From positions 172,980,001 through 173,044,000 of the forward strand of contig OX597816.1 in the NCBI GenBank assembly GCA_951406725.2: a stretch of DNA of 64,000 bases, given 5' to 3'. Below the pieces are notes generated by a model. The model did no database searches, was not told the DNA's origin, and saw only the letters and a program-made list of their open reading frames with translations. Source of the DNA: Octopus vulgaris (lineage: Eukaryota). Of this stretch, positions 12,900 to 25,962 are shown one piece after another. The stretch's first letter is position 1. The number at the start of each line of letters is the position of its first letter. Both the position numbers and the translations under genes were made by a program.

Positions 12900-12983
<84 letters not shown>
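12802..12983. repeat. (TAA)n switching to (TTA)n
   Basis: Polarity switch at about 12875. Confidence 0.95.
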
Positions 12984-12986
<3 letters not shown>

Positions 12987-13146
12987 TTCTTTACTACCCA
13001 CAAGGGGCTAAACACAGAGGGGACAAACAAGGAAGACAAAGGGATTAAGTCTATTATATCGACCCCGAAAGGATGAAAGACAAAGTCGACCTCGGCGGAA
13101 TTTGAACTCGACTTTGCCTTTCATCCTTTCGGGGTCGATAAATTAA
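12984..13146 (-). mobile_element. SINE family B, internally deleted, with a short inverted (+) fragment at 13109-13146
   Basis: Reverse complement of the family B body, followed by gactttgcctttcatcctttcggggtcgataaattaa in + orientation. Confidence 0.8.
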
Positions 13147-13206
13147 TAATAATAATATTAATAGACAAAATGAAGAGTGCAAATCGATTGCAATAGACAT
13201 TATTGG

Positions 13207-13249
13207 TCGAGTGATATTTCGACAGCAAGCCTGTCTTTGTCGAGTTCAA
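13207..13249 (-). ncRNA. Hammerhead motif, UCGACAA core variant (stem I partly decayed)
   Basis: TTGAAC-TCGACAA-A GACAG gcttg CTGTC-GAAA-TA-TC-actcga. Confidence 0.5.
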
Positions 13250-14622
13250 AATATGAAGTGATAAAAATTCGAAATTATAAAAATTAAATTTAAAATATGA
13301 ACGAAAGCAGCCAGCGTCCACACGTTAATGGAATGACATCGTCAGTCTTTAAGTTTTAATTAATTAACAGGCGAAAAGAAAAAAAAAACAGAAAAAATAG
13401 GAAAGAAAAAAGAAAAGGTAAAAAAAAAGAATATTTCATCAAACAATTTTGTATAAATTTAATGATATTCTCCTGTCATTTTATTCATTTCACAAGGACG
13501 TGATATTCATAACCTGGAAACATATTTCTCCTCATGCATTTTGAGAAGTGAAAGTGATGCAGATTCAGAAAATTTTCGGAGAATATGCACTTTCAAGTCT
13601 TTTTTCAAAATTGCAGCCGCTTGGAGTAAAATTTTCGGGAAGTTCTGTCGAACTACTGTTATTGTGCATGACGTCATATCTATGCACATTCAATTTTTTT
13701 GTTTAATTGTTCTGTTGTAAAACCAACATAAATCAATTTGTGTTTCGTGCATTCTGCCGCGTACACCGAATGGGAATTTCTACATGTGCCACCTTCTGTT
13801 TAAATCATAACATTTCTGTTATGATTCCTGATGGAATTCACTTGACTCATGTTGTTGCACAATGAACAGTGCTTACCTCTCCGGCGGTTGTTTTTCAAGG
13901 CACAGCGTGCAGATACTCCAATGTTCGTTTTCTTGGAGTCTAAAGGCTACAATAGGCGGCTGAGAAAATATCTGTTTGAAACGAGGATATTTTTTCACTA
14001 CATGCTGGTAACTTTGATGCAATACTTTTGAAATGCCAGCGAAATGTCGATGCCAGTTAATCACTAAAGGAATTCTGACATCTATTGTATTGTGTTTGCT
14101 GAAATTATGCGTGGAGGTTTGACTATCTTTGGTAATGTTAGCTATTTCATTTGCTATTTCCTTTAACCGTTAATCACTGTATCCGCGTTTGACATGATGA
14201 TGTACAAAAGCATTTGCATGTTTCCAGTAATCCCCTATGTCAGTTACAAAGCCGTTTTATCCTCAAAAATTGGGATTTCGGATTTGACCGAATAATATGG
14301 TTTGGATGATCGGAGCGGTGGTGGAGATAAATATGAGATAACGTGGGCTTGCAGAATAACTATGTCACTATTCTGCCACCAGAAAAGTTAACTTTTGTGT
14401 CCAAAAATTCAACGCTAGTTTTCGAAAAGCTAGGCGTAAATTTTGTTTGACTTAAAGCCATAGTTTTTAGCATAACAGTCACAGAAATGCAAGAAGTCAA
14501 TTAAACTACCCTGTGATCCTTCCCAGACAAAAAAGACTTCATCAATGAACCGTAACCAGAGTACTGGTTCATGACCATGAAGGAATTTAAATGTCTTCAG
14601 TAACTGTATCTCGAATTTCGTC

Positions 14623-14665
14623 ATGAAATCGACAAAGACAGGCTTGCTGTCGAAATATCGTTCAA
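14623..14665 (+). ncRNA. Hammerhead motif, UCGACAA core variant (inverted pLTR copy)
   Basis: TCGACAA-A GACAG gcttg CTGTC-GAAA-TA-TC-GTTCAA, followed by AATAAA. GTTCAA complements the TTGAAC of the other copy. Confidence 0.55.
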
Positions 14666-14759
14666 CCAATAAAAAGCACTGCTCCTACACCGTAATCATT
14701 CGCATCTTTCGCCAATATAACATCCGGCTTTGGCTCAAAATGCATTAACGATAAGTTCG

Positions 14760-15941
14760 ATGTTAAAATTTTTTAAAATTTGTTAAATGCCTTCTGGCAT
14801 TTATCAGTCCAGAACCATTTTGCATTTTACTTTAACAAATCATTTTCTGGGGCCTTTACATTGTGCATAGTGGGAATATAAATTCGATAGTAATTCACTA
14901 ATCTCAAAAATGCTTGTCGCATTATTCAGCGTGGGCACATGTTTTTTATCGCAGTTGTTGTGGATGGATCCAGTTTCTGTCCATTTTTATCTATTATCTG
15001 GCTCAAGTATTTAATTTTTGTTCAGAAAAAACTCACATTTTTTCTTCACTTAGCTTAAACCTGTACTCTCTTATCTTTTCGAATACCCTTTTTACGTTTT
15101 CTACATGTTGTTCGTGTGATTTACTTTTTATTAGGATATCGTCTAAATAGGCGATAGCAAAATCACAGTCCGCAAGCATTGTATCGATTACTTGTTGAAA
15201 TATGGAAGAGCCACTTTTACACCGAAGGGAAACTGCTGAAATTTGGATAAGCTACGGTGTGTATTAATGGTTAATAAGTGTGAGAATCTTCTACTTTGAT
15301 TTATAAGTATGCCTCCAAGAGGTCTAATTTTGAGAAGAATTTTCCTCCATTCAGTTCTAAGAACACTTCCTCTGGACTCAGAAATTGGTAGCTGTGTGAG
15401 TTTAAGCAATCATTTAAACCCGTTGAAAAATCTGCAAAAACTCGTAATTTATTTTTCTTTATTACGTAGACTGTAAATGCTGCCCAATTTGAGTGGTCCG
15501 TCTTCAATAGTAATTGTTATTGTTGTTGTTATCCTTCTTGTTGTTGGTGCTGTTTTTGTTGCTGTTGTTCTTTCAGCTATTGCTGTTGCTCTTTTTACAA
15601 CTAGTACAAACTGGCCAACAGTTCTTCCATAATTCTTCCATTTTGTATACTGTAAAATTCGCTCAAAATACTTTTGTGAGTTTCGTAAATCCTTGTGAGT
15701 TAGTTTAATCCTCGTGAGTTTGTTAATTCCTCGTCTCCATTGTTGTAATCCAACGTCGTGCTGTTGTAACGTCCACTCCGGTATTGTAGTATAGTTAGTC
15801 AGACAAATAAAGACACGACTATCTATGACCTACTTCGCCGACTCCTCGACCTCCTACATCACAGTATTTGTAACGACTAGCGCATACCACTCGTCATCTG
15901 GGAGGAGGTGTTCCATTAATATTATCATTATCCCTATAACA
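14760..15941 (-). mobile_element. Ty3/Gypsy LTR retrotransposon, internally deleted and 3'-truncated
   Basis: RT motifs SNWAA..LRVFADFSTGLN, FFSKLDLLEAYL, PFGVK and AIAYLDDIL. Q-rich gag start. PBS-like TGGAGACGAGGA at 15728-15739. Confidence 0.88.
15741..15941 (-). repeat. 5' LTR (about 201 bp, TG...CA) of the Gypsy element
   Basis: Begins TGTTATAGGG and ends TACAACA, 1 nt before the PBS. Confidence 0.7.
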
Positions 15942-16088
15942 GTATTAATGGTGTCTTTGTCGCTAATATATATTTTTTAACAGGCTCACTTGCTAATCGC
16001 GACACCAGCTCCTGTTCAAGCATTGATTTTCTATATATTGCTGACGGAGAGATGAGTCGCTGCTATTTCATCTCTAACAGTCTAGTGT

Positions 16089-16135
16089 CCATTACTAATG
16101 AGACCAAGAAAGGTCAAATTCACATGATCTGGTGG
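16089..16135 (+). ncRNA. Degenerate hammerhead motif in a pLTR-like fragment ending in (TA)n at about 16315
   Basis: CCATTA-CTAATGA-GACC aagaaa GGTC-AAAT-TCACATGA-TC-TGGTGG. Core positions are mutated. Confidence 0.45.
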
Positions 16136-16312
16136 TCTCAGCGCTGGAGCTGGTGGGGATTTATCTCCCTGCTAGCAAAATAAACAAGCGTGTACCAAAA
16201 GCCTATATGAGTGTTTCTCTCATGGTATCTACTACAGCAAAGTTTGTTCTGATACATCCACGTTTAAGTGGGAATAAATATTACCTCTCGGTAATAATAC
16301 TGCCACTTTTGC

Positions 16313-16369
<57 letters not shown>

Positions 16370-16384
16370 TATTATATAGAAGGA

Positions 16385-16433
16385 GCTTCTACAGGACTAG
16401 TACTGTTTCATTCAAGAGAAATCTTCAGGAAGC
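16385..16433 (-). ncRNA. Type I hammerhead ribozyme (canonical core) in a roughly 78-bp insert within (TA)n
   Basis: GCTTC-CTGAAGA-T TTC tctt GAA T-GAAA-CAG tactagtc CTG-TA-GAAGC. Cleavage triplet GUA. Confidence 0.85.
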
Positions 16434-16440
16434 GGGGACC

Positions 16441-16492
<52 letters not shown>

Positions 16493-16616
16493 TATATACA
16501 ACGAGCTTTTTTCAGTTTCCGTCTACCAAACCCACTCACAGGGCTTTGGTCGGCCTGTGGCTATAATAGAAGACACTTGTCACGCAGTGGGACTGAAACT
16601 CGATCCACGTCGTTGA

Positions 16617-16750
16617 GCTACAGTGTCGAACTCTTTCCTTCACCAAAAGCCAACCGCATAAAAATCACATAAAATTCGCCATTGAAAAGGTTGTTACACA
16701 GGCGTTGCTCCAGCCTGACCACAGCCTTTGGGCTAAAACGTGTAAAAGAA
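16617..16750 (+). mobile_element. CR1-like LINE 3' end, tail-to-tail with the next feature
   Basis: Diverged inverted copy of 16762-16890. Confidence 0.7.
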
Positions 16751-16761
16751 TATGTATATAT

Positions 16762-17920
16762 CTTTTATTCTTTTGCATGTTTCAGCCCAAAGTCTGCGGC
16801 TATGCTGGAGCACCGACAGTGTAATCACCTTTTCAATGGCCAATTTTATGCGATTGGCTTCTGGTGAAGAAGGGAGTTTGACACTGCCGCCCTCTTTTGA
16901 GTTTCATGCCATGATGTAGGTTCATTTGGGACCTTCAAATAAGATCATTCATATGTTTTAGCAAGGTATTAAATAGCTGTGGGCTCTTGAATCCCAAGCT
17001 ATTGCAGTACATGGTCCTCAGTCTTGACGGGGTGGCTAGAACTTTTGGAACAGTACAATGACGTCCATTTCGGGGACTGGTACAGCTCTCGACACAAATG
17101 TTTGGTGCCAGCCCCTCCAGGATCTTCCATAGGTGCAGGAGTGGCTGTGTGGTAAGTAGCTTGCTAACCAACCACATGGTTCCGGGTTCAGTCCCACTGC
17201 GTGGCATCTTGGGCAAGTGTCTTATGCTATAGCCCGGGGCCGACCAATGCCTTGTGAGTGGATTTGGTAGACGGAAACTGAAAGAAGCCTGTCGTATATA
17301 TGTATATATATAAGTGTGTGTGTATATGTTTGTGTGTCTGTGTTTGTCCCCCCAGCATTGCTTGACAACCGATGCTGGTGTGTTTACGTCCCCGTCACTT
17401 AGCGGTTCGGCAAAAGAGACCGATAGAATAAGTACTGGGCTTCCAAAGAATAAGTCCCGGGGTCGATTTGCTCGACTAAAGGTGGTGCTCCAGCATGGCC
17501 GCAGTCAAATGACTGAAACAAGTAAAAGAGTAAAAGAGTATACGTATATCACTGCATACTTCTCCCGTCTTCGCTCCAGGCTGTAGAGTCGCAGCTCTTC
17601 CAGTCTCTCTCAGTAGCTCAGCTGTTCCATTGGTGTAATCTTCATGATGTAGCACCACTGAATTGTCTCTAGTTCCACCATTAATTTGACACTGCAGGGT
17701 GACCACTGTTGAGAACAGTAGTCCAGACGGCTGAGTACAAATGTCTACCATAGAACCAGCATAGTTCAGAAGGTTCTCAGAATCCATGCTTTCATTCGCC
17801 TGCACATTACCACCGTCTTGGTGAAATGTACATGAAACAAGGCATCGTTGTTCATATCAATCCCCGGATCACGCTCTGTACTTGATTCTCGGATTGCCGC
17901 TCCTTTTGGTCCAAAGTATC
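16762..17920 (-). mobile_element. CR1-like LINE 3' portion, interrupted by SINE A
   Basis: ERDPGI..WILRTF, ELQLYSLERRREKYAVIY|WKILEGLAPN, PQLFNTL, RAAVSNSLLHQ, then the 3' tail. Confidence 0.82.
17132..17540 (+). mobile_element. SINE family A nested in the CR1-like LINE
   Basis: Full-length copy splitting the IYV|WKIL reading frame. Confidence 0.93.
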
Positions 17921-18005
17921 GTGGTTGCAGTCTGTGAGCTGATAGCGGAGTGAGCAATGGAAGAAGTGAAATTGTCTTTAAAAGTTCAATCATATTTCAA
18001 CTAAT

Positions 18006-18047
<42 letters not shown>

Positions 18048-18188
18048 GTTTATGTGTTTTCAAATTGTTTAAAAAAAAACATTAGAGACAGGTTAGGGAA
18101 TAACAAAGTGTGTTAGTTTGACGCTCAAGGTAAGATGGAAGAGTCGTCGATGTTTCGAAGTTACGCTCTTCTACCATCTCTCTCTCTC

Positions 18189-18221
<33 letters not shown>

Positions 18222-18507
18222 GTGTGTGTGTCTGTGTGTGTGTGTGTGCGTGTGTGTGTGTGTCTGTGTGTGTCTGTGTGTGTATGCATGTATATATGTA
18301 TGCGTGTATATACATATATATATGTATATATGTAAATATGCGTATATATATATATATATATATGCACAAAAATATATATTATATGCATCTATATATACTT
18401 ACATATGTATATATACCACATACACACACATATATATATATGTATATATACATATATGTATGCTTGCATGTTTGCATAAATATATATATATATGTGTGTG
18501 TGTATGT

Positions 18508-18560
<53 letters not shown>

Positions 18561-18562
<2 letters not shown>

Positions 18563-19534
18563 CTATTTTTTTAATCATTATAAATCTTCCACAGAGGAGA
18601 GAGCCGGTTTCCAACAATGATACAAGGGTCCATCTTTGTAATGTAGTTAACGCAGACAAATTCACATTTGGAACTTGAGAAAAGTCTTGCATATTTTTAC
18701 TGTCCCACTCACAGATTGCACTTGTACAAATCGACCGGTCAATTTCTCTTTGTGAAAATCCCAGTTTATCCAGATTCTCTTTTAAGCATTTGCTAACAAA
18801 ACCTAGTGCTCCAATTATTATTGGTATGAATATGAATTCATAGTTTGGACATAGAAGCTGGAGGTTTCGAAAACGTCCATAGATATACTCTTTTCCTTTG
18901 ATTTTCAAAGAGTTATTTATATCTGCAGGGCAGCCAACCTCTATGGTGGTACATACCTTTGCCTCTCTATCCCAAACAACCATATCCGGCTTATTATGCT
19001 TACATTTGACAGAAGTTTTGATGGGAATATTCCACCAGTATTCCTTGAGTTGGTGTATATGAATGTATTCCATAACAGAGGGATTTTCTAAGTTTATTTC
19101 AGGACAGTCTTTTCTGCGGATGGCATTGTAAATTGTTTTAGCAACGACATCGTGTCGCATAGGAAAGTAGTGACGACATATTAGGACAGCTGCTAATCAC
19201 ATGCGTAATGTCTTCCGATGAAACATGACATAACCTACACATGCGGTTGCACCTTGGGATTACAAGAGCATCACTGTCTCTCTTGTTCACCAGGTACTTT
19301 GCGACAATATCCTGTTCATAGATTGAAAACGCACAGCCTCCAAAGTGTGACGTAATGTAATGGTCTTGTGTCCAAGAAGGGCTGCGTTTCGTGTCAATTC
19401 TACTGTCTTCTTCAAGCTTCCGAGTAACACAACCATGCTTGGTCTTTCTTTTTGCATGTTGAGTGCTATCCATCCAGGTCTTCTCTGAGGTAAGAGAGCC
19501 CAGCTATTTTGGGACTGTAAAGATTATCAGGAAG
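18561..19534 (-). mobile_element. RLE-type non-LTR retrotransposon 3' fragment (related to 476-1165)
   Basis: CRLC...EDITHVISSC, RHDVVAK, EYWWN, KPDMVVWD..IEVGCPAD, PIIIGALG. Flanked by (CA)n and (CATA)n. Confidence 0.9.
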
Positions 19535-19579
19535 ATGTATGTATGTGTGTGTATGTATGTATGCGTGAATACGTATACA

Positions 19580-19616
<37 letters not shown>

Positions 19617-19788
19617 CATTTTGTCCTCTGGCATCCTTATCCATCCCCTATTATTACCTTTTATCTTACATGCACTCACTATTTCAGCCAACCTGTATCT
19701 TGCTGCTACTTTCACCACCTTCACATGCGCTGTCAGATTTTATTTCATCCTCGCCTTCAACTCTCACATTACTCTCTCTCTCCCTCTC

Positions 19789-19846
<58 letters not shown>

Positions 19847-20098
19847 TCTCTCTCTCTCTACCTCCTATATTAATTACATCATGCCACACCGACAGTTTCT
19901 TCCCTTTCCTTCCACTTCTACTCCTGGACATCACTTTTCCACTTTTTTTCTTTTCTGATGCACATTTTTACACTTCTGCGAGAATATTTGTCCTCCTTTG
20001 AATAATGATAAGCAACCGAAACACTTGGACATCGTTTCTTCTACACAGCATAAAAACATACTTCATTGTTTGAACCTGGATATGTATATGTATATATA

Positions 20099-20150
<52 letters not shown>

Positions 20151-20156
<6 letters not shown>

Positions 20157-20409
20157 GAGACAAAACCACTATTTTGTAAATCAAACAAGGAAAGACTTAA
20201 TCAATACATTAAAAAATTTTAATATGAAGTAAATAAAGTTATTTACTTTATATTAAAATTTTTTTATGTATTGATTAAGTCTTTCCTTGTTTGATTTACA
20301 AAATAGTGGTTTTGTCTCTAATTAATATTATATAATATTTTACTATAAAATTGGATTCAATCCTAAATCTGATTTTTCCCTGTAAATTTGGATTTATTCC
20401 CTAATATTT

Positions 20410-20412
<3 letters not shown>
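20151..20412. mobile_element. Fold-back element: 86-bp arms, 2-nt loop, tail of about 88 bp, inside (TA)n
   Basis: 20151-20236 is the reverse complement of 20239-20324. Confidence 0.8.
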
Positions 20413-21259
<847 letters not shown>

Positions 21260-21490
21260 CATACATATACATATACAAATATATATATATGTATGTATTT
21301 GTATGTGTGTGTATGTGTGTCGATGCGTGTGTTGTATGTGTAAGCGATTCGTACAGTATTTAAATATGTGGTAGTGTTTTTATATGTCTACAAATATATT
21401 ATGTACACACTTACATAGAAACTCACATAAATATTTAATTGTTTGGATGAATGATAAGTTAGTTGATAAATACAATGTATACATAAACGA

Positions 21491-21529
<39 letters not shown>

Positions 21530-21598
21530 TACACTCACATATATACACATACATATACAAATGTGTATGGAGATGTGTGTTTACATATATATATATAT

Positions 21599-21690
<92 letters not shown>

Positions 21691-22301
21691 ATGTTCATAC
21701 TGCATGATCAAAGAGTGAGACATAAAGCCAAAGAGAAATCAGGGGAGACTAAGTCATATCGTTTGTTGCTCACTCGATTCTCTAACGAAACGCGAACAAC
21801 ATAGACCAGTGATATAGAAAGGAGGGGAGAGACAAGGAGGTGGAGGAAACAGAACTGTGGGATGGATCGTGAGTATGTGTGCGAAACATGAGTACATACA
21901 AAAAAGTGTAGGGATAGAGAAAGATTCAACAGGGTGGGATGGGTGATGAAGTAGAAAAATGATTGAGGAAGCAGTCGAAAAATCGAGCAGTTGAGAAGAG
22001 CTGAGAGTATCCGATAGTCGTGATGGTGTTTGGCAATGTTGGTGGTGATGATGATTAAAGTACTCTCGTGGTGATGACGGTTGTGGTGGTAGAGAGTGGC
22101 GGTTTTAGTGGAGAGAAGGAGGAGAAAGAGTACGACGAAAAAAGTAAAAGAGGGGACAAGGAGGACGTAGTGCAGGATGTAAAGGAGGGTGAGTGGATGA
22201 GGAAGAGACGAGCATCATCGAAAACAACAATATGAGAAAAAAGATGAAAGGACAAGAATGAACAGAGTAAGGATAGGCACACAGACAGACAGACAGACAG
22301 G

Positions 22302-22377
<76 letters not shown>

Positions 22378-22389
22378 CAGACAGATGAT

Positions 22390-22449
<60 letters not shown>

Positions 22450-22617
22450 TAGACAGACAGACAGACACAAGGCAGTCATGCAGGCAGACAGAAACACAGA
22501 CAGACAAACAGATAGGGAGATCGATTGAGAGATAGATATATAATGAGAGAAAAAGAAAGGAGAGAAATAGAAGACGTCAAAATACAATAAGAGTAAGGTG
22601 GGAAATCGGGTGGTGGG

Positions 22618-22648
<31 letters not shown>

Positions 22649-22883
22649 CAAGTTGAGATTGAAGGAACATACGAGAAGGAAAATAAAAAAAAAGAGATAA
22701 TGCCGAAATGGAGAGTAATGGCGAAAAACAAAATGGAGGCGAGTGTCGAGGTGGGAAGGGGAGAAAGGAGAGTAAGTAGAGGAAAGCGAGCAAGGAGAAC
22801 AGACCGAAAACTGTATTTTAAGTATTTGTTTATTAGGCAAACATATAAAATACACTATGTTGAGCACATAAAAATATACACAT

Positions 22884-22925
<42 letters not shown>

Positions 22926-23279
22926 ATGCATATATACTCTAATCATAGATACACACATGCTCATACGTATGAACAGACACTGACGCTGGCCCACAGATAA
23001 TGGCGTAGAGCAGGGAGTTATGTGTCCAATCTGATGGATATGATAAACAGCGCCATAATGACATCAATTAAACTATAAATATGTTTCTCCGTAACGTCAC
23101 CGAGAGAGAGAGAGGGGGGGAGAGGAGGGAGAGAAAGAGAGAGAGAGAGGTACATATACATGAAATATACAAAATGTATATATATGTGTATATGAATGCA
23201 TAAATATAAGTGTATGTATGTATGTATGTGTGTATGTATATATATATATATGTGTGCGTGTGTGTGTATACACACACAT

Positions 23280-23356
<77 letters not shown>

Positions 23357-23561
23357 AGTATCACATTTACATATTTATTCATAAATGTACTTGCATGTAT
23401 TTTCGCATATGCTTACGTGTATATACACATTGACATGCACATGCACATTGTCAATCATGCGTATATAAAAATATATACACAATCACACACACACACGCCA
23501 ATTGCAAACACTACATTTCTTCATATTAGGAATATATGCACTGTGTGTATGCATGTGTGTA

Positions 23562-23562
<1 letters not shown>

Positions 23563-23595
<33 letters not shown>

Positions 23596-23807
23596 CATAC
23601 ATACATACATACATACATACATCATACATACATACATACATACATACATACATACATACATACATACATACATACATACATACATACATACATACATACA
23701 TACATACATACATACATACATACATACATACATACATACATACATACATACATCATACATACATACATGCATACATACATACATACATACATACATACAT
23801 ACATACA
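23563..23807. repeat. (TACA)n microsatellite
   Basis: Direct observation. Confidence 0.96.
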
Positions 23808-23922
23808 TTCGTAATATACATTTCTTTTCGTCATGCTTACTCTTCTCTACAAACATCCATACACATATATTACACACATAAACGCACATAAACTACACGC
23901 ATATAGCTTCATACACGCTCCG

Positions 23923-23956
<34 letters not shown>

Positions 23957-25519
23957 AAACACACGCGCGCGCAAATACGCAAAATATGAACACATATACA
24001 CAAACTAATCAAACAAGTCCACTACCAACCGGCCAACGAGTCAACCATCTCACTAAGTAATCCAAAAAAAAAAACAAAAAACAAATTATAAAATGAAATA
24101 AAATAGCATTCGTAAAGGGTCAAAATAGCAAATAAAAAAATACAAATGAAAAAGGGTGGTGGAGAGAAAAGTAAAATAAAAAAAAAAAGCTGCCATTATT
24201 ACAAGGTTTAAAGCTTAATATATGTTCATGTCCCTTGGGACGTGACTCTTGATCTAGCTTGACAAAGAACAGCCAGTGATTCAATTATACAATATAATGT
24301 TAATACATTATCTCAATAATCCCCAATTGGCCAGCATATGATGTTTTGTTGTTGTTCCCGTAATTGTTGTTGCCTTTATTTGTTCTTCTAGTTGTCTTTT
24401 ATTTTTGTTGTTGTTGTTGTTTTTAGGCTCTGGCCCTTGTGGCACCACACCCTCATAGAACACCCCCCCGCCCGGCTCTACGTAGTTTCCTGTCTCGTCG
24501 CGTATTGCTTCCTAATGTATTTTATTATATTTCATTGTACTCACCGTGGTTGGTTTTTACTGTTAAACATCCTTGCTCTTTTTTTCTCCCCGATTACGGC
24601 CCGATTGGATGGAAACAAGCGGGGCGCGAACCTAAATGAAATTCCAAGGGATTATCAATCCTATATTCTTGATGCATGGATGTGTGTCTGTATGTGCGCC
24701 TATGTGTACGGTTTGCCTCTTTTTTTTTTAATTTTTTCATTTTTTTTGTTTTTACGAAAGAATGAACAACGCAAATAGAAAGAGAAGAAAAAACAATCAC
24801 TTGTAAATGACCCATAACTTATCCAACGTCTATTATTGCAGCCGCAAACTTCCCCCACCGGCATCACACCCAGGATTACTACCAGCACCAACACTGTCAC
24901 TGCCACCACCACTACCACCACTACAACAACAACAACCACCTCTACCACCACCACCACCACCACCACCACCACCACCACTACTATTATCACAACTACGACC
25001 ACCACAATCAGCATCATTATCACAAGCAATCATCCTCCCCACGGCACCGCCATTATCATTACTCAACCATTCCAATCGTCATCACAATCACAACCACAAT
25101 CATTACTAAACGCGCGAAAGATTTGCTAGAAATAGCAACGAAGTCTCTATCAAATCACATCCTATCATAATAAAAAGAGAAGGGCTCATTGATTAAACTC
25201 GTCCAATAATCTAATATTGGCCAACTTATAAGTCTAAACGGACATTCTAGCCATAACAGGAGGTCATAAGTTTGCTCAACCAAGGCCGTCTTGGGGGTTG
25301 AAGAACAACAACAACCACAACAACAACAACAAAATATCACTTACTGCTGCTGCTACTACTACAGCAACAACAACACTATCACCACCACTACCATCACGAT
25401 CGCCACCACTACCACCACAAGAGAGAGCATTAAAACGAATACCATCATCACCACCAACAGCAGCAGCGACAACAATAGCTTGATGCTGCATTACTGTAAT
25501 CTTTCTGTTTCTCCTTGCA

Positions 25520-25712
25520 CCTTTTCTTGTTTCAATCGTTACACTGCGGCCATGCTGGGGCAGTGCCTTAAAAGAATTTTAATCGAATAAATCGATCCCA
25601 GTATTTTAATTTATTTTAAATCCGGTACTTATTCTAACGATCTGTTTTGCTAAACCGCTAAGTTACGGAGACGTAAACACCAAACTAACACCAGCTGTCA
25701 AGCGTCGGTGGA
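25520..25712 (-). mobile_element. SINE family A, older 3' half
   Basis: ctgcggccatgctgggg...aaccgctaagttacggagacgtaaacac. Confidence 0.7.
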
Positions 25713-25759
25713 GGAGGGCATTTCTTTGAAATATTCCTGTTAAAATATTGGTCTTAAAT

Positions 25760-25962
25760 TTTGGCACGAGGCCAGCAATTTCGGGTTGGAGTAAATAGAT
25801 TACATTGACCCCAGTGCTCAACTGGTACTTATTTTACCAACTCCGAAAAGATGAACGATAAAGTCGACCCCGGCGGAATTTGAACTCAAGAATGTACAGA
25901 CAGACGAAATGCCACTCAGGACTTTTTCCGGCGTGCCAACGATTCTGCGAGCTCACCTCCTT
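25760..25962 (-). mobile_element. SINE family B, variant 3' tail
   Basis: aagtcgaccccggcggaatttgaactc (B box on -). Tail aaattttggcacgagg is shared with 52146-52314. Confidence 0.78.

Larger units (their letters stand above)
13190..14760 (-). mobile_element. Penelope-like element (Neptune-type), decayed, with 3' pLTR and inverted 5' pLTR copy
   Basis: WLRFIDEVFFVW (RT motif C), IFSQPPIVAFR, Cys-rich linker and a YVGFT-like endonuclease remnant. The segment tcgacaaagacaggcttgctgtcgaaatatc lies at about 13213-13243 (-) and 14629-14659 (+). Confidence 0.8.

Noticed and set aside
18140-18178. Minus-strand AGAAGAGCGTAACTTCGAAACATC hammerhead-like remnant; similar at about 19993-20030 and 56293-56325
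   Set aside because: Core and stems are too degenerate to support.
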